Source: Lingula anatina (taxonomy: Eukaryota; Animalia; Brachiopoda). From it: a stretch of DNA of 64,000 nt. The position numbers and the translations under genes were made by a program. The notes under the pieces are model-generated. The model saw only the letters and a program-made list of their open reading frames with translations. It ran no database searches and was not told the origin of the DNA. The DNA lies in the NCBI GenBank assembly GCA_051362555.1, contig CM120646.1, positions 17,050,001-17,114,000 on the forward strand. The letters are read 5' to 3'. This document shows positions 9,912 to 24,027 of the stretch, piece by piece (position 1 is the stretch's first letter; each line of letters begins with the position of its first letter).

Positions 9912-11484
9912 CTTGGAAACCTGAAGTTGAAATAATGAAGGAATATTAACATCTATCGTTTATTTATCAAGGCAAAGGTTAATAATGCGTAAAAATATTG
10001 CACTTTAGGCTATAGAACAACGAAAACTTTATTTTATGTCATTTTGATAAAATCTTTAAAAAAGTAGCCTTGCTTTTATTCAGGTTCATTGTAGGACTAG
10101 GAAGTTTAAAACTATACTAAAAAATAGCTTCTATATCGCCCATTCATAAAAATCATAAAAATTGGGCAAGACGTTCGATATTGAGCAACGGCGTGATAAC
10201 GATAATGAATAAAAGTAAATAAAATATCTTACTTGTATGCATTTATGATATAATGTTATTTGTACAATTTTCATTTAAATTGTTAAATTACTTTTCGAAT
10301 AAGCGGAGAATATAAATTATGTAATTTTGTTGTTTTCATAATTCAACACCTAGGCCTCATATTTTTTATATTAACCTGATCTACTTTTTCACATTTTGAT
10401 ATTATTCCATCCTCTTTAGCCTTAGACGTAAACGAACATTCAACAATACGTCTCGAAACTAACGATCTATTTTCCTTGTCGCATATACATGCAGTGAAAT
10501 CCATAGCATTACTTACTGTTCTGAATGAGATCAATGCGGAAGTTGAATCTATAATCAGCTTTCTTGGAAGAACCCTTTTTAGCGCGAACAAATTTGAAGC
10601 GCCCCTTTTGAAATGACTTTCAGCTTATGCATTAATTTTTTTTCTTTTTTGTCATTCATTCACTAATCATTACCATTACTAGTACTTTGCATTGTTTTAT
10701 TGTATTTTAATCTTACCTATTAATTCATTACAATTTTTCTGATGAGAATTGTCAGAAAGTCCTTTTTCATCAGAAGAGAGATTATTCACAATCAATCTGG
10801 TTAATCGTTTAAAATGTATTTCTTAAAACTTGAATATCTAAACACCTCCCAATGCGTTAAGACCGCACAGAATTGCGTTAATATTTATTAGGCACAAATA
10901 GTTAATACACTATCCACACTCTGACGTATTCTGAACACCTGCCGTCAAGTTTCTCTTTATTCTTGCCGCCGCCCCACCCCCTACCTCCTACTGCTTAGAA
11001 ATAGATAACCTTTAGGGCATGTATACAGCACACACCTGTTCTTGAGATAGTCGGCAATTTTTTCTTCTTTTGTTGACATTTTTTCTCCAACAGTTAGGAC
11101 TCACGGACTCTGACTGCACTTAACAAACGCGAAATAAAAAAAATCTTTGAAGATTTTCGAGTTATTTTGTTCTGGTGTCTATCTCGGTTCTCAAATGGTG
11201 ATGAATAAATTATAAGATGTATTTGAAGCGCTCATGGCATGTAGTTTTTGATGAAACAGTTAATTCTTTAGTTCAATGCAAAGAGGACAGAAAAAAGGTG
11301 ACGCCTATTTCGAATTCTAAAGGACGGCTTAAAATCAAAGATCTTTTTTATTAGAAAATAATTCGCGTTATAAAGCATAATAAATTCCTCCCGTATTGAT
11401 TTAAATGAACAAAAAAGAACCATAGAACATTTACGTTTTTAATCTAAAATGATTAAAAAATATAAATTAAAACAGTAGATTTAC

Positions 11485-11613
11485 CTTTCAAAAATCAATC
11501 CCTTTCAAATGTGTTTTCTTCTTTGATTCAGTAAAACGCGCTCTACAATATCCTTCTGCTGTCGCTGTCTACCGCACAACTACTGAACGTCTGTTGGTTG
11601 GGAAAAGCATTCT
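11485..11613 (-). other. Putative non-coding first exon of the neuropeptide gene
   Basis: Donor AG|GTAAAT at 11485/11484; Inr-like TCAG with its A at 11613, 30 nt downstream of the first T of TATAAAA. Confidence 0.6.
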
Positions 11614-11636
11614 GAAGCTTTATAATCCCGGTGGTC

Positions 11637-11790
11637 TTTTATAGCCGTTGATAGTGGGGTGACCAGCCACAGGTGAGAGAAGCAGGTCTCCCGGAGCGAG
11701 CACATGCCTGGCGAGAGGGCTGAGAGGAGGGTATCCGACCTCTCATACAACATTTTATTTTCTTCGTTGATTTACGACTTAATGACGTCA
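11637..11790 (-). promoter_or_regulatory. TATA box and palindromic CRE of the neuropeptide gene promoter
   Basis: Minus-strand CTATAAAAG (TATAAAA 11643..11637); perfect TGACGTCA at 11783..11790, about -170 from the inferred TSS. Confidence 0.65.
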
Positions 11791-14700
11791 TCATGTTTCT
11801 TTACTCGACCCACGCTTGTTTTTTGCAAAGGTCCTTGAGAATTGTCAAAATTATATTCCACTATTTAAATTGTCATTTTTATTATTATTGATGTTGTTGT
11901 TGTTACTTGTATTGTTATTAAATAATTTGGCAACCGTAAAGAGTTGGATAAATACATGACATAATGGCACAATCTGATGAAATTACTTATTGATAAGAAT
12001 AAGAATTTTAATGGATATCAAAAACCAAGATAAATTTCCATTATATTTATGTTAACAAATTAAACAACTTTTGGGTTTTTTAATTTACCAGTTGGCTTTG
12101 AAGCTTTTAGTAATAATAAGTACTGTAAAGTAAGTGGTCCTACACTGATTTCTACAAAATAGTTCAATATTTAAGAGGTATTATACAAGTATTCAACTGA
12201 GTTAACATTAATACGGAGGTGCGTAAGATATTGCTTCCAATCACGAATAAGATGAAGGAACAGGGGTGGCAAATAAGAGGAAGAAGACGGTAAAGAGTAC
12301 GTCGGCACTTTGGTCGGTTACCGTTTCAGACCTCACCGCGTTATCCTAAAGATACCTAGACCCGACAACAGATTAAACCTTATTAATATAATACCTCTGT
12401 GTCATTTCCACTACGGTATGATTATGTAGTAGTGAATAAATATGTGTGTAGATCTTTGATATGTAGCGCCGGGGAGGGCCGCTCAATCGCGCCCGAATCT
12501 CTCCGTTATCAGAATCTTACGAAGTAAGGAATGCGAGGAAATCACGTTGGTAGGCTAAATATGAAAGGGAACCTGTTTGGTCTGCGGGAATAAAATTCGC
12601 CGCCGGCTTTCAGTTAAAGCGAAAGATGGTATTTGGACAATTATCCATGGGCTACAGGAAGAAGATTGGTTCCTTTTCGAAAAGTTTAAATTTGGTTTGT
12701 TTCACAATATTTGATGGTTTGATGATTCTATATACAGTGTTAAGATTTATTTTGGTGAAAACGGGATGCACAAAATGGTGTTAAAATAATGTTGGACAAA
12801 TCAACTTTTATGAAAAAATGACTATGATATATATATAATGTTAAATAAAATTAGAGATATATATTTCATAAAAGTATTGGACAGATGAGCAAGAAGCGAA
12901 TCAAATTATTATCAAGTGAATTATTTTATTAGCTAGTCAGAGTGCTTCGTTTCTTTAATGGGAAATTTGTTGAAAATTTTTATTTTAAATTTTGATTGAC
13001 TGGTAATATCATGTTTGTTATTTCACAAAAGAGAGAGAGAGAATGCACGAATAGAATTATAAAAAAACTTCTACCACGAATAACCAGCAAGCATGAAATC
13101 GTCTAAGTTCTTACATTTGGAAAATGATTTCAACAATATCGATTAAATACAGATAAAAGGGTGGTGTTGATTAGAATAAGTTTTTTGTGAGTGCCTATAT
13201 TAGTAAAACTGAATAAAGCTGCCCATAGATATAGTACAGTTAATGATAACTAAGAGTATTTGTTATGCACCCTTGATAATTATACTGTGCCAGCGACTTT
13301 AATTTTTTTAATAAATATATTATCAGGTTATTAAAATGTGCGATTAAATGTGCGAATCCGTAAATGTAAGTCGTTGTATGCTAAAGCTATTAAAAGAAAT
13401 TGAAATGCTTAAGTCGTTTTATCATAATACTACAAAAGCAAATGAAACACATAAATCTAAACTTGAAGGGACCCTCTCGGTAAAAAGTAAAACGGCAACA
13501 CTTACTGCTATAGTAAAATAGCATAATAATAACAGTGTAATAGTATTTATAGTGTAACCCAAGCCAAAGGTGTTTCAGTGTCCAATTTATCTCTTTATTG
13601 TTTGAAAACAGTAAAATAATTGTACGTTTTTAAAATAGCAATTTTTGCTTGTACGGTGATGGGGGTTGACTAATGAACAAACAGTGTGTCATAATAAATG
13701 AGTCTAAGAAAGGTTATGTAATAAGCAAAGGTGGGAGTATAGGGCCTATAAACCAGGATGGTTAATCACCATTTCAATTTATTTGAAAATGTGTAAAAAT
13801 ATTCAAATTTCTTCTCTGGATTCGATGGCCAAGGCGTTGTGTTTAAAATGGCCTTATACCAATACAGGAAAACATGAAAAATTAATAAAATGAATCTTAT
13901 CAAACCAATCCAATTTTACAGATAAATTTGGAGTAATTTAACGGATCTGCAGTCCTATTAGAACGACTAGAAGACAATACAAGAAACAAACATAAGTTGA
14001 ACACGTGCTTCAAGTGCGCTTTTAATAAGTGGACTATTTTCAATCGGTTCTGTTTACTTTCCACTCGTAATCAAGTACCTTGTTTGTATCATTGAACTTG
14101 GATAACAACTGTGTAAACTTCTGTGAAGACTTCAAAGTCGGTGTTACATCTTTTCTTTCCCAGCCAATAAAAATGGGTAAATCTGATGTTATATCATTTA
14201 AATCATTCAAAGTAACATTATATGCAAAAAATGAAAAGTGTAAATTTGATGGAATATCATTTTAATCATTCAAAGTAACATACGGTGGTATTAAATTCTA
14301 TCTACCTGTAAGATAATGGAAAATTTGTGAATTTTTTCATTTTTCAACAAACACCTGCGTAAAAAAAAGATACTAGACCTTCAAAGTCCGTGCTGCGTCT
14401 TTTCACTCCCACATAAAATGTCAAAATAGATATGATGTAGTTTTTTAGCCATTCAAGGTTGCGCAAGTTCTATTTACCGCAAAAAAAAAAAAAAAAAAAA
14501 AATATGGACATTGCGAATGAATTTTTCAACTGGTTAGTCGAAGTGATACAATTGACTTACAAAAATGTGAAATTACAGCAAGTTTCCTCGAATTTACCCC
14601 ATGAAGGATACCTTGACGATCCTCACCGTGGTATAGATATTTTTCTCCAGCCGTCGGTAGCCGTGAAACTCGACAGGGCAGCAGACGGCATGAGATAAGA

Positions 14701-15568
14701 AAATGGCGGGGCACTTTGCAGCTGTGAGGCAACCAAGAAAACTGGAAGTCAACCAAAGATGGCATTTGTTTACTTGTCTCTTGCTTCATGATTAAGGTTA
14801 CCTAATTTCAGCAGTGGTTTCCTAGGCCCTATTTAAATCGAAATGAAAGCGTTCTAATGGATAAATAAAATGGATTACACCGGGTAATTGTATTAATGTA
14901 GGCCCGATTCTTCTGCAATAATGGTTCTATTGTTTGTAGGTGTTGGGATAAGCAGCTATTGGGAAATTAAGAGGCTATCAATTGGTCAAAGTACGATAAT
15001 TCTACCAATTCAAGTTATACCAGATATCATATCTTCCTTCTGAAACTTACAAAAGAGATTGGAAATATTTTCGCCAGGAACACGTACTGTAGTTGAGCGC
15101 TGTTCATCAAGATTTACTCCTCCGGGCGATTTGATCTATTTACATTCTTTATTGCTTTTATTATTTTCAATCATTGCAAAAATAAAGAAATGAATGGATG
15201 AATAAATGAATAAACCAAAAAAAAAAAAAAGAAAACTTATATAACTCATCTTGTAGAAAGGGCCTGCTTGTAGGAAAGGTTTTACCATTTGTAAGACAAT
15301 CAACGGACAATGAATCTCTCTCTCTTAATACTAAAGTGACTGTTACATGCCTTTCTGGTCAAATATAACCGTAATTAATGGGAAACTTTGCTCTTTGTTC
15401 AAGTAATCTGCCTGTCACATGATGCCTGAAGGTGTGACCCCCCAGGAGCGTCTGGCGGGGGGCTCATCCTGACTTGTTTACGAGCACTGTCGTCGTGGGA
15501 AACTGAAGGTCAGCTACGTCAGCAACTGTCACCCTGTATAACATAGACCAATCGGCAACTTATTGGCT

Positions 15569-15847
15569 GCATTCACAACAGAAAATCCTCGGATCTACTG
15601 ATCCGCAGATCAAATATGGCGGACCCTACATGAAAGAAGAGCCGACCAATCCGCTGACGGTCTCCCCGCTTTCGCACGCGCCATTAAACGGGATCAAATC
15701 ACGGCTCAGAGGTTTAATTGCTAGATCCCACAAGGACGGCGCGTGTTGAGGCAGAGAGAACATCAGCAGCTTAGTCGGCTCTTCATGTAGGGTCCGCCAT
15801 ATTTGATACGTGGATCAGTAGATCCGAGGATCATTTGTTGTGAATGC
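15569..15847. mobile_element. Fold-back MITE
   Basis: Arms GCATTCACAACA..ATCCTCGGATCTACTGATCC..ATCAAATATGGCGGACCCTACATGAA..GAGCCGAC and the reverse complement at ~15774..15847. Confidence 0.8.
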
Positions 15848-17187
15848 CCTTGAGGTCATTCTAAGCTATGGACGTAGTTCAACCGCCGCTTCCGTGCCGT
15901 GGAAGAGCAGTCAGCTCCAAACATGCTGCGTTACGCGGGGTAGAGGGGTGAGTTTACGAAACCAAGTCCAAGGCTGAAAGGCCATGAGGCAGGTGAACCC
16001 CTGCTGAGGGGGTGGGGCCAAGAGACAAGATCCCTGGATATTTTTTTCAACTGGGTATCAGGTTATGATTGGTAAATTTGGAGAAATTATAGACACGAAT
16101 ACATCATACGCATTATGCTTGCTACAATAAATGAATAAATAAATAGATAAATAAATGATAAATAAACAAAGGAATAAATGGAAGAATTAATGATGAAAGG
16201 GTGACAAAATAAATCAATAAAGAAATAGATAGTTCAATGGATCAGAGAATAGATGAATGAAAAACAGTAAAACTAATTAATTAGTGAATTTATTTATGAT
16301 AGAGACTAAAGAGAATATTAAAAAGCAGAAAACTAAACAAGTCGGACTTATAAGAGACTTAGGGAACAAATTATAGTATATAAAGCAAGTGGTTTTGTAT
16401 ACATCTAAGATAATTGGCTTTAAATATAATTATTTAATTATATTGTGCTCTCTGATATCGGACCAATACAAAATGATTTTCCTTAAAGTATTAAATGAAA
16501 TATTTACAAGTCTAAAGATGATTTTCATCGGCATCAAATCTACCAGACGGCTGATGATTTTTTTTTTATTATTTTCATTTTCAAACCTCACATATTCCGG
16601 TATCATCGAGGTTTTTTCTTCATAGATTAAGTCCCTCTGTTCTAAGATATAGGACGGTATCCACAGCTGAGTTCTAGTTCTGAGGAATTCAAAAATAAGT
16701 AAAATAAAAAAAATGTTATCAACTATCTAACTTTGATTAAACAGTTATAAATATCAGTATAATTAACTACTGTTAAGTAACATAAACAGACCGGGGCCTT
16801 GGCCCCCTTCTTGGCGTGACAACAGCGCGAGGTGATCAGTGCTTCTCACGTGTATGCCTTGTGCAGCTGGGGCGCTCTTGTTGCGAGGTTTCCTCAGCAA
16901 CCCACTCTCTATATATAACTGTGAGCGATTTCCACTCTGACTGCACGCAAGATATCCGGAATGTTGTTAAAGGAATACTATTCCCTTTGAAAATATTCCA
17001 AAATCATGTTTACTGTCTACATACTCTGCAAAGCTGTATATTTATCTTTCCCAGACTTTAAAAAGTGCAAAAGTACAAAAAGTATAGAAAGACATGGACT
17101 GTCATGTAGAACTGAGGTTTCAATTAGAAATTATATAAAACATCAACTCCGAGAACCTGGGACGGGATGAACAATGATTCGTAAATG

Positions 17188-17244
<57 letters not shown>

Positions 17245-17746
17245 GTAAATTCGATTTTGCTGGAAAATCACGAATAGAACGGTGATAGATATACCTTTGA
17301 TGAGATGTTGGGGGTAGAAAAAAATTACAATAATAAATAAGTTAATAGGCTAAATTTATAAGTAATATTTTTCTTTTTTGAGAGCAAGATCGATTGTAAA
17401 GATTCATAATCATATTACAATAATTCTTGGAAGTGCTCTTGTGCTCGGAACTAAGGAAAGTCTATATTCATTTGAGTAATGTAATAAAATTGAATCATCA
17501 CCTTTAAGTATGTGTGTGAAATAATATCAATAAGTACGCTCGTACTCATCAGCTGTGCACATCCTGTAGTACTTAGTAAAGTAACATTGTCGTTAGGGCT
17601 GTACGTACCCTTTGGAGGTAATACATGGTTTACGGCATCTTTCAATACAACTTCCGGTCTGTGGGGGTGCGTCAAACATTTCGTCCTTTTACAGTTGCAC
17701 GATTTGTTCTATATGTAATACTCAGGGATCTCAAAATTTGCAAAAC

Positions 17747-20700
17747 ATGCCGCCCAAACAGCGGAAGATAGCGGTGATGGGATTTAGGGCAGTTGGTAAG
17801 TGTGGGTTTATTGACAGCCGCTGATTTTGTTTATGACATGTCGATATTTCGATGAACAGATGGTTGTGCAGTAATGCACGAACTGCTGAACGAAGTTGGT
17901 GGTCGTACTTTAATGTTTTCAGTGATCCGAGCTAAAAAAGGCATCTGAAGATCGCATAGTTTAGCTTCAATTTTGCACACGAAGCGGTAGATCAATAATG
18001 ACAGCTGCACAATATGTTAATAGACAGAATACAGATACTAGACTTTGTGTATTACCAGGACTAGTGCATGTGCTTGTTTGCAGCGCTCTCATACATGTAG
18101 TTATTAACGATCAAAACATTGTCTGGTTGTTGACTGTTGTATGGGCATTTATACAGCTCGGTCATTATTCTGGAGTGAACACTGCCAAAGTTATTGGTCT
18201 GTTCATTTAAAGTAACAGGCTCCACTTCTGTGTGATATGTCCATCTTGTACATTATGATGTGAGACCTTGAATTTACCTGCAAGTTCTATGAGCATTATC
18301 TGTAGATCAGCTTCTTTATTTACTGTAAAAGCACATAAACTATGCAAATGATTAATGACTGAGAATTACAACGAAGAAATGGAGTGGTGTGACCTATGTG
18401 ATAGAATTAGCAGGAAATGTTTGACATCTCATCAACTGGTTACTTGTACTTGGGCTGTCATTAGAAATTGAGGCGAAAAAGTCATTCCTTTGGCACTTTT
18501 TCTTAACAAAAATTAGCATTCTGCATTTAGAGTGACCAGTAAACATTTCAAAATCTAAAGTCAGTCACATGTCGAAGCATTATTTTGTTAAAGAAGAATA
18601 ACAGATAGTAATGATATGGTCTGTCTACAGTAAAGTGTCAAAGTAATTGATAAATCACAGTTTTTCTACTACTCGATGCCATGAGGAGACGTGTTAATCT
18701 GATTGCATCTAGAGACAGTCCCCCTGGAGTTAGTGCACACTAGTTTGTACAATAAGTTGTGAATACACCCTAAATTAAGTTGATCTAGCAAAATAAATAA
18801 TACACACTTGAACAACAATTGAATTAAGGTTTGTTTTTCATGCTTTGTTTTTTGGGTTGCAGGAAAATCCTCCCTAACCATCCAGTTTGTAGAGGGACAG
18901 TTTGTGGATTCCTATGATCCTACCATTGAAAACAGTGAGTATCTTGTATCAGATGATTATTGTTTTTTTTTTTTCCTCAGGGGTATCCCTTTTTTCCATT
19001 GGGGTTATAATGGAAAGTCTGTGTATACCACACACCTCATTGGTTAAGTTAATGAGTCAGAGTGGTAGAGCTATGTAAAAGGAGAGGGGAGGGATCTAAA
19101 ATTACACACTCCACTCATGATAATTAAATGCCATATTATCAGTTGAGTTGTTTTAGTCTGAAACTACTTTAAGTCCTGAATTTACAACCCACACCAAGTT
19201 AAATCAGTTTTGGTTGTTTTATTTATTTATTCCTTCCAGCATTCTCCAAGGTTTTCAAGTTTAGTGGTCAGGATTATCAGTTACAACTTGTTGACACTGC
19301 TGGCCAGGTGAGCTCTTTTTTTTTTTTTTTCATATTATTGGACTTTGTACTTTAAATGTCTCAGTACAAGTAATTGTGCCCTCTTGCTGATTCTTTTTCT
19401 TTGAGCTGTTATGTTGATTTCATGGCAAGTGGGCAGTGCCCCCCCCCCCTTAGCCCCCCCCCCCCCCCCCCCTCCACCACTACGGTCTACCCAAATCCTC
19501 GAAATTAGAAATCTTCCAAATATGAAAAAGTGCTCATGGTTTTTATTTTGATACCTTTATAATTTGAATGCCAATGTTTTATAAATAGAAATGCATTTCA
19601 TAATTAATAAATTGTGTCTCTTAACCATTAGTAAAACTGTTAACTATTAGTAAAACACTATTTTAGGATGAATACTCTATATTTCCACAATCCTATTCCA
19701 TGAACATAGATGGTTATGTACTAGTGTATTCAGTCAACAACGAGAAAAGGTAAGTGCTAGTAGTGTGTGTGCATGTGTTTTACAGAATTTTCAAAATTGT
19801 TTGAGTTTAAAATGTTTTGTTGCTGATTGATAGATGAGTCCAGTCCTCAGTAGTAAGAGCTTGGAAGTTTATCAAGTATGCATGTGACATTTTGCATGCA
19901 TGTAACATTTTGAATTCATTTTTAATATAATAGATAAATCAACATTTGTCTTATTTTATTTTACAGTTTTGAGGTTATAAAAGTGATCCATGAAAAGATT
20001 TTAGATATGACAGGAAAAGCTCAGTAAGTACAGTTAGCTTGTAGATTTTTTTCATACTGATATATGAGGTGCTCTTTAGTCCAGTATAAGTATCAATAGT
20101 TCCAGCATTTTGCCCTTTTAGTTTGTATGAAGTCTTTTTCCAGCCCATTTTCCTTTTGAATACATATACATGTAATTCATAGAATTTTCATTATTGTGTA
20201 AGGCTCCTTATAAAAATTTTATATTTGTTATTATTATTAGTTTAAAATTTACCCTATACATGCATACGATTTTATCTTTTCTGCTTGTCATAAAACACTT
20301 TTGCTGAAATGACATATTAGATATTAACTTAAAGTTTTTGCTGAAGAGTTGCTCACTTGTCATTAAAAAGTAACATCTAAGACAGTTCTGCATTTTTATA
20401 TACTATACTTTCCTGTTTCTCCAAATAAAGTGCCATTGTCCTTGCCTCTTTGTAACAGTATGATTTGTTTCATATTATTCACATGCCTCTCTTCAGTCCT
20501 GTTATTGCTGATAAAAAGAGAAATACAAAGTTGGGTTTCAATTCTATTTTTAAGGGTTCCTTTGGTTGTTGTTGGAAATAAAACAGATCTAACCATGGAA
20601 AGGTAAGCTGTGGAATAACTTTAATTCTCAGGCTTGTCTTACTAATGGACATTTCAAAATCCTCTGGAAGGAAGAAAACAATGAAAATTTTCAAGTTAAC

Positions 20701-21588
20701 TTAATATTAATAAAACTAGATTTAAAAGAAGAAAAATCTTTGCAAGAACAGATATTAAATGCTGTATTTGCTGACCTTTTTGAAAGATGGTGGGTCAATA
20801 GTTTAGAAATACTAATTATTAACAATTTTTATTGATTTTGAAGTAAAGGGAATTTTGTATAGTACAACCTTGTTATATTGGTTTGTGTAGAATATTTTAA
20901 AAAATTGAATGATAATCGTCCAAGATTTCTTCTATTTTTTACCAGAATAATCAGCCCTGAGCAAGGGAAAAAACTAGCTGACTCCTGGAATGCTGCTTTC
21001 CTTGAAGCATCTGCAAAACAAAACAGGGTATTGCAATCAAAAATATTGTTTTTCTATCAGCTGTTAATTTCTATGTTTTTCAAATTGCTCCAGAGTATTA
21101 ATTTATCTGAAGAATGTTATCAGCTGAATGTCAGGAATTAATTTTCTTTCCATATTTATTTTTAACATTAATTCTCCAATAAAATGTCATTGCCCAATTT
21201 TATAACCTTAAAAATAAACTTTTATCCTATTTGACTGGTTTTAATGCAATTTCTTTATCGTCATACCCTCAGCTTCAGTTTTGACGCAGGTCAGTTCATC
21301 TTCAGCATATTTAAACTTTCAAACTGCCTGCTATTTGCATCCAATAAGCATGCACATGGGCAAATTTGAAAATGAAGAAGTTGGCATGCATTGGAACTTA
21401 ATAAAGGTCAGGGTATTTTATCAGCAACTTTCAAACATGAAACTTCTTGATTCAAATAAGCTCTGTCGCATGTTAATTGTTTTGTTTTTGTCTTTCAGCA
21501 AGTGTCAGATATCTTTGGCAAGATCATTTATGAGATCGAGAAAGCTGAGGGCAACATCAAGGAGAAAGGAGGGTGCAGTATATCATAA
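17747..21588 (+). CDS. RHEB: GTP-binding protein Rheb (182 aa)
   Basis: Exons 17747-17795, 18863-18934, 19240-19307, 19667-19749, 19967-20023, 20555-20602, 20946-21027, 21499-21588; all GT-AG, 549 nt. [62 protein letters not shown]..CSIS* with Rheb-specific P-loop Arg, effector loop YDPTIENT and a CAAX box. Confidence 0.97.
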
Positions 21589-22617
21589 TCCAGAGTCCAG
21601 GGCACGTGGCAATTTCATTAAGACCTACCATGTATAATGATAAGCATGTTTGCTATGGCAACGGGGAGGATACAAATTAGTAAGGGGGCACATTCAGAAC
21701 AGTTATAACTTAAACTGGACTTAGTTTCTCTCTAGATGGTCAAGGATGGATGCACAAAGCTATAATCATTGAGTAAATGTAAATGAGTAAAGGCACATTC
21801 AAACCAGGTGTAACATAAACTGGAAATAGTTTTATCTAGTCACCAGGGGAAGTGTTATTTGAAAGGCAGAATTAACAAGAACTACTACATCCCTGTACAG
21901 CACTGTCACTCACCAAGGAAGACCTCAAGCACCAGGCACCAGATCTCTCTAAAAACAGGATTCAAAACCCTAAAATTGCAGCAGAAAGTCTTATATTATG
22001 TGCTCCTCTTTTGGCATTTGCTGGATTTTTTTTAAGTCTATGCTAGTACCCCTCTGAGTGCCCCTTTAAAACTCACAAGATGACAGTACCGCTATTTAGT
22101 TGTCACATTTTGAAAACGATATACATGCCTAAAATCTGAATTATCTTCATAAATATAAGTAGTTTGAAAAGCTTGTTAGTGCTGAAATGGGTTGGGGCAA
22201 TCAGATGTTTTGTAGAAGATACCAAACTCTCGGCTGTAAAGCAGGCACTTGGGCACTAAGCAACTTTGCTATAAGAATCATGTTTGCATTTATACTGAAG
22301 TGAACCATATAATCATCATTACGTACACTGTATTATAACTCATATTAAAGCCAAAAAGATTCTTTTCAGCCTAGTCAGGATTTAACTTGGGTCAAATCTA
22401 AAATCGTTGAACAGAAATTGCACACTCTATCCTCATTTAATAAGGTTTGGGCATTGGTAAACATTTAAATGCTAAGATATTGGCATACTTGCATGTAGAT
22501 CATACTGTATTATATGATAAAACTAGTCTCATTTACATTAATGTTTTCCCATTTATTTGTATGTGAAGCTGTCCTGGGGTATATATGTCACATTTTGGGG
22601 TTGAAAGCCTTGATTTG

Positions 22618-22788
22618 CAGGTTTGTAGCCAGCAATTTCAAAGGGGGAGGGGTGGTCTTTTCTGAAAAAAGTGGACCTATTACCATGAAAACTTTGTGTA
22701 CCTAGATCAAATTTACCCAGAGTGGCCCTTTTCCCAGCAAAAAAGGGCAGTTTGTTTGAAACCCTGAAATTTCCTGGCTACAGGCCTG
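22618..22788. mobile_element. Short hAT-like MITE remnant downstream of Rheb
   Basis: Imperfect TIRs CAGGTTTGTAGCCAGCAATTTCA / TGAAATTTCCTGGCTACAGGCCTG; no clean TSD. Confidence 0.55.
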
Positions 22789-23882
22789 ATTTGGCAGTGT
22801 TTTTTTCCCTCTCTTGTTCAGCACCATTCTGTATAATACATCTCCATGAATACACTGAAATATTTCTTTGTGCCAAGTAAAATTTATGTAACATTTTAAT
22901 TTATTTTGCACTTTTCCAAGTGACACAACAGCAAATTTCCTGATATGCATGAGATTTTTTCCTGTGGCAATTGTTTACATATTCCTCTCAATTCTTAGAC
23001 TTTTTGGAAAAAATGGATGTGTGGGTTTTGGTCTTATTTTTTGTAAAACAAAGTTAAAACTGAATCAAAACAAGGTTAAACCAAAGTGTTTTACTTTTAT
23101 CATACATTTGACTTAAAGCAGAGGGTCTGTTTTATAAAATGCTTAGAATAGTAAGATCAGTCTTGGTAGAACTGAATTTTAGCCAACTATGTTGCATTTC
23201 ACAGAGAATCTTAAAAACCACACATTTTATTTTTTTTCTGCCTTTAAACTAAATCCCTGAGTAATTTTTGTGACTATTTAAAAATGTTAAAACTTTTTTT
23301 ACTCTCAATGGTGACTGTAGCCCATTTACTGTTAGGTATGTCAACTATAGTTATTGGGTGAATATTGTAAAAATGCCCAAGGAAATACATCCCAAGGTTG
23401 ACAGAATGTAGTCGACTATCATACAGTATTTATCAGGCCTGTGGGCACGATTCTTTTTCCATTGGAACCTTGAGAAATGGCTTGAAATCAAGATCAAATT
23501 TTGATCCAAAGAGAACTTTTTTTCCCTGCCCACAAGGCAATTCTTTTGACCCCATGCCATGCCCACAGGCCAGTGAAGGCAGTCAAAACCAAAGCCCAGA
23601 AACTCGAGGCTTTTTGTGAAATGGACCTCTGGTTAATATATTGTATCAGATTTATACTATGGAACCCTGAGTTACAAAGTGTATTGAAAAGACTGGTATC
23701 TGTCTGCCAGTTATGATGACTTTTCAATAGGGAGAATTGTGAATTTTATAGATAGAATAATTTTTGAAGTCTTAAATCTTTTAAATTTAGAACATATCTA
23801 TTCAGTGGAAGAAACAAAACTGAAGAGAAGACTATCTTAAAATTCTATTCTATACAGCTAAAGCACCACAAATGCCCTACAG

Positions 23883-24027
23883 GGCTCCGTATCTCGAAAG
23901 GTTCGCTTTGTTGCGCACGTGCGCAAGTGTCTCGATTCCATAACCGATTCTTTCGAGATACGGGGCCATTGGAATCGAGACGCTTGCGCATGTGCGCAAC
24001 ATAGCGAACCTTTCGAGATATGGAGCC
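23883..24027. mobile_element. Harbinger-like palindromic MITE
   Basis: ~58-bp arms GGCTCCGTATCTCGAAAGGTTCGC..GCGCAAGTGTCTCGATTCCA and reverse complement; CAG on both flanks (CWG-type TSD). Confidence 0.85.

Noticed and set aside
10737-10775. CTGATGA...GAAA hammerhead-like string
   Set aside because: Stem II does not close properly and stems I/III are absent; better explained as a small inverted repeat TTCTGATGA/TCATCAGAA.
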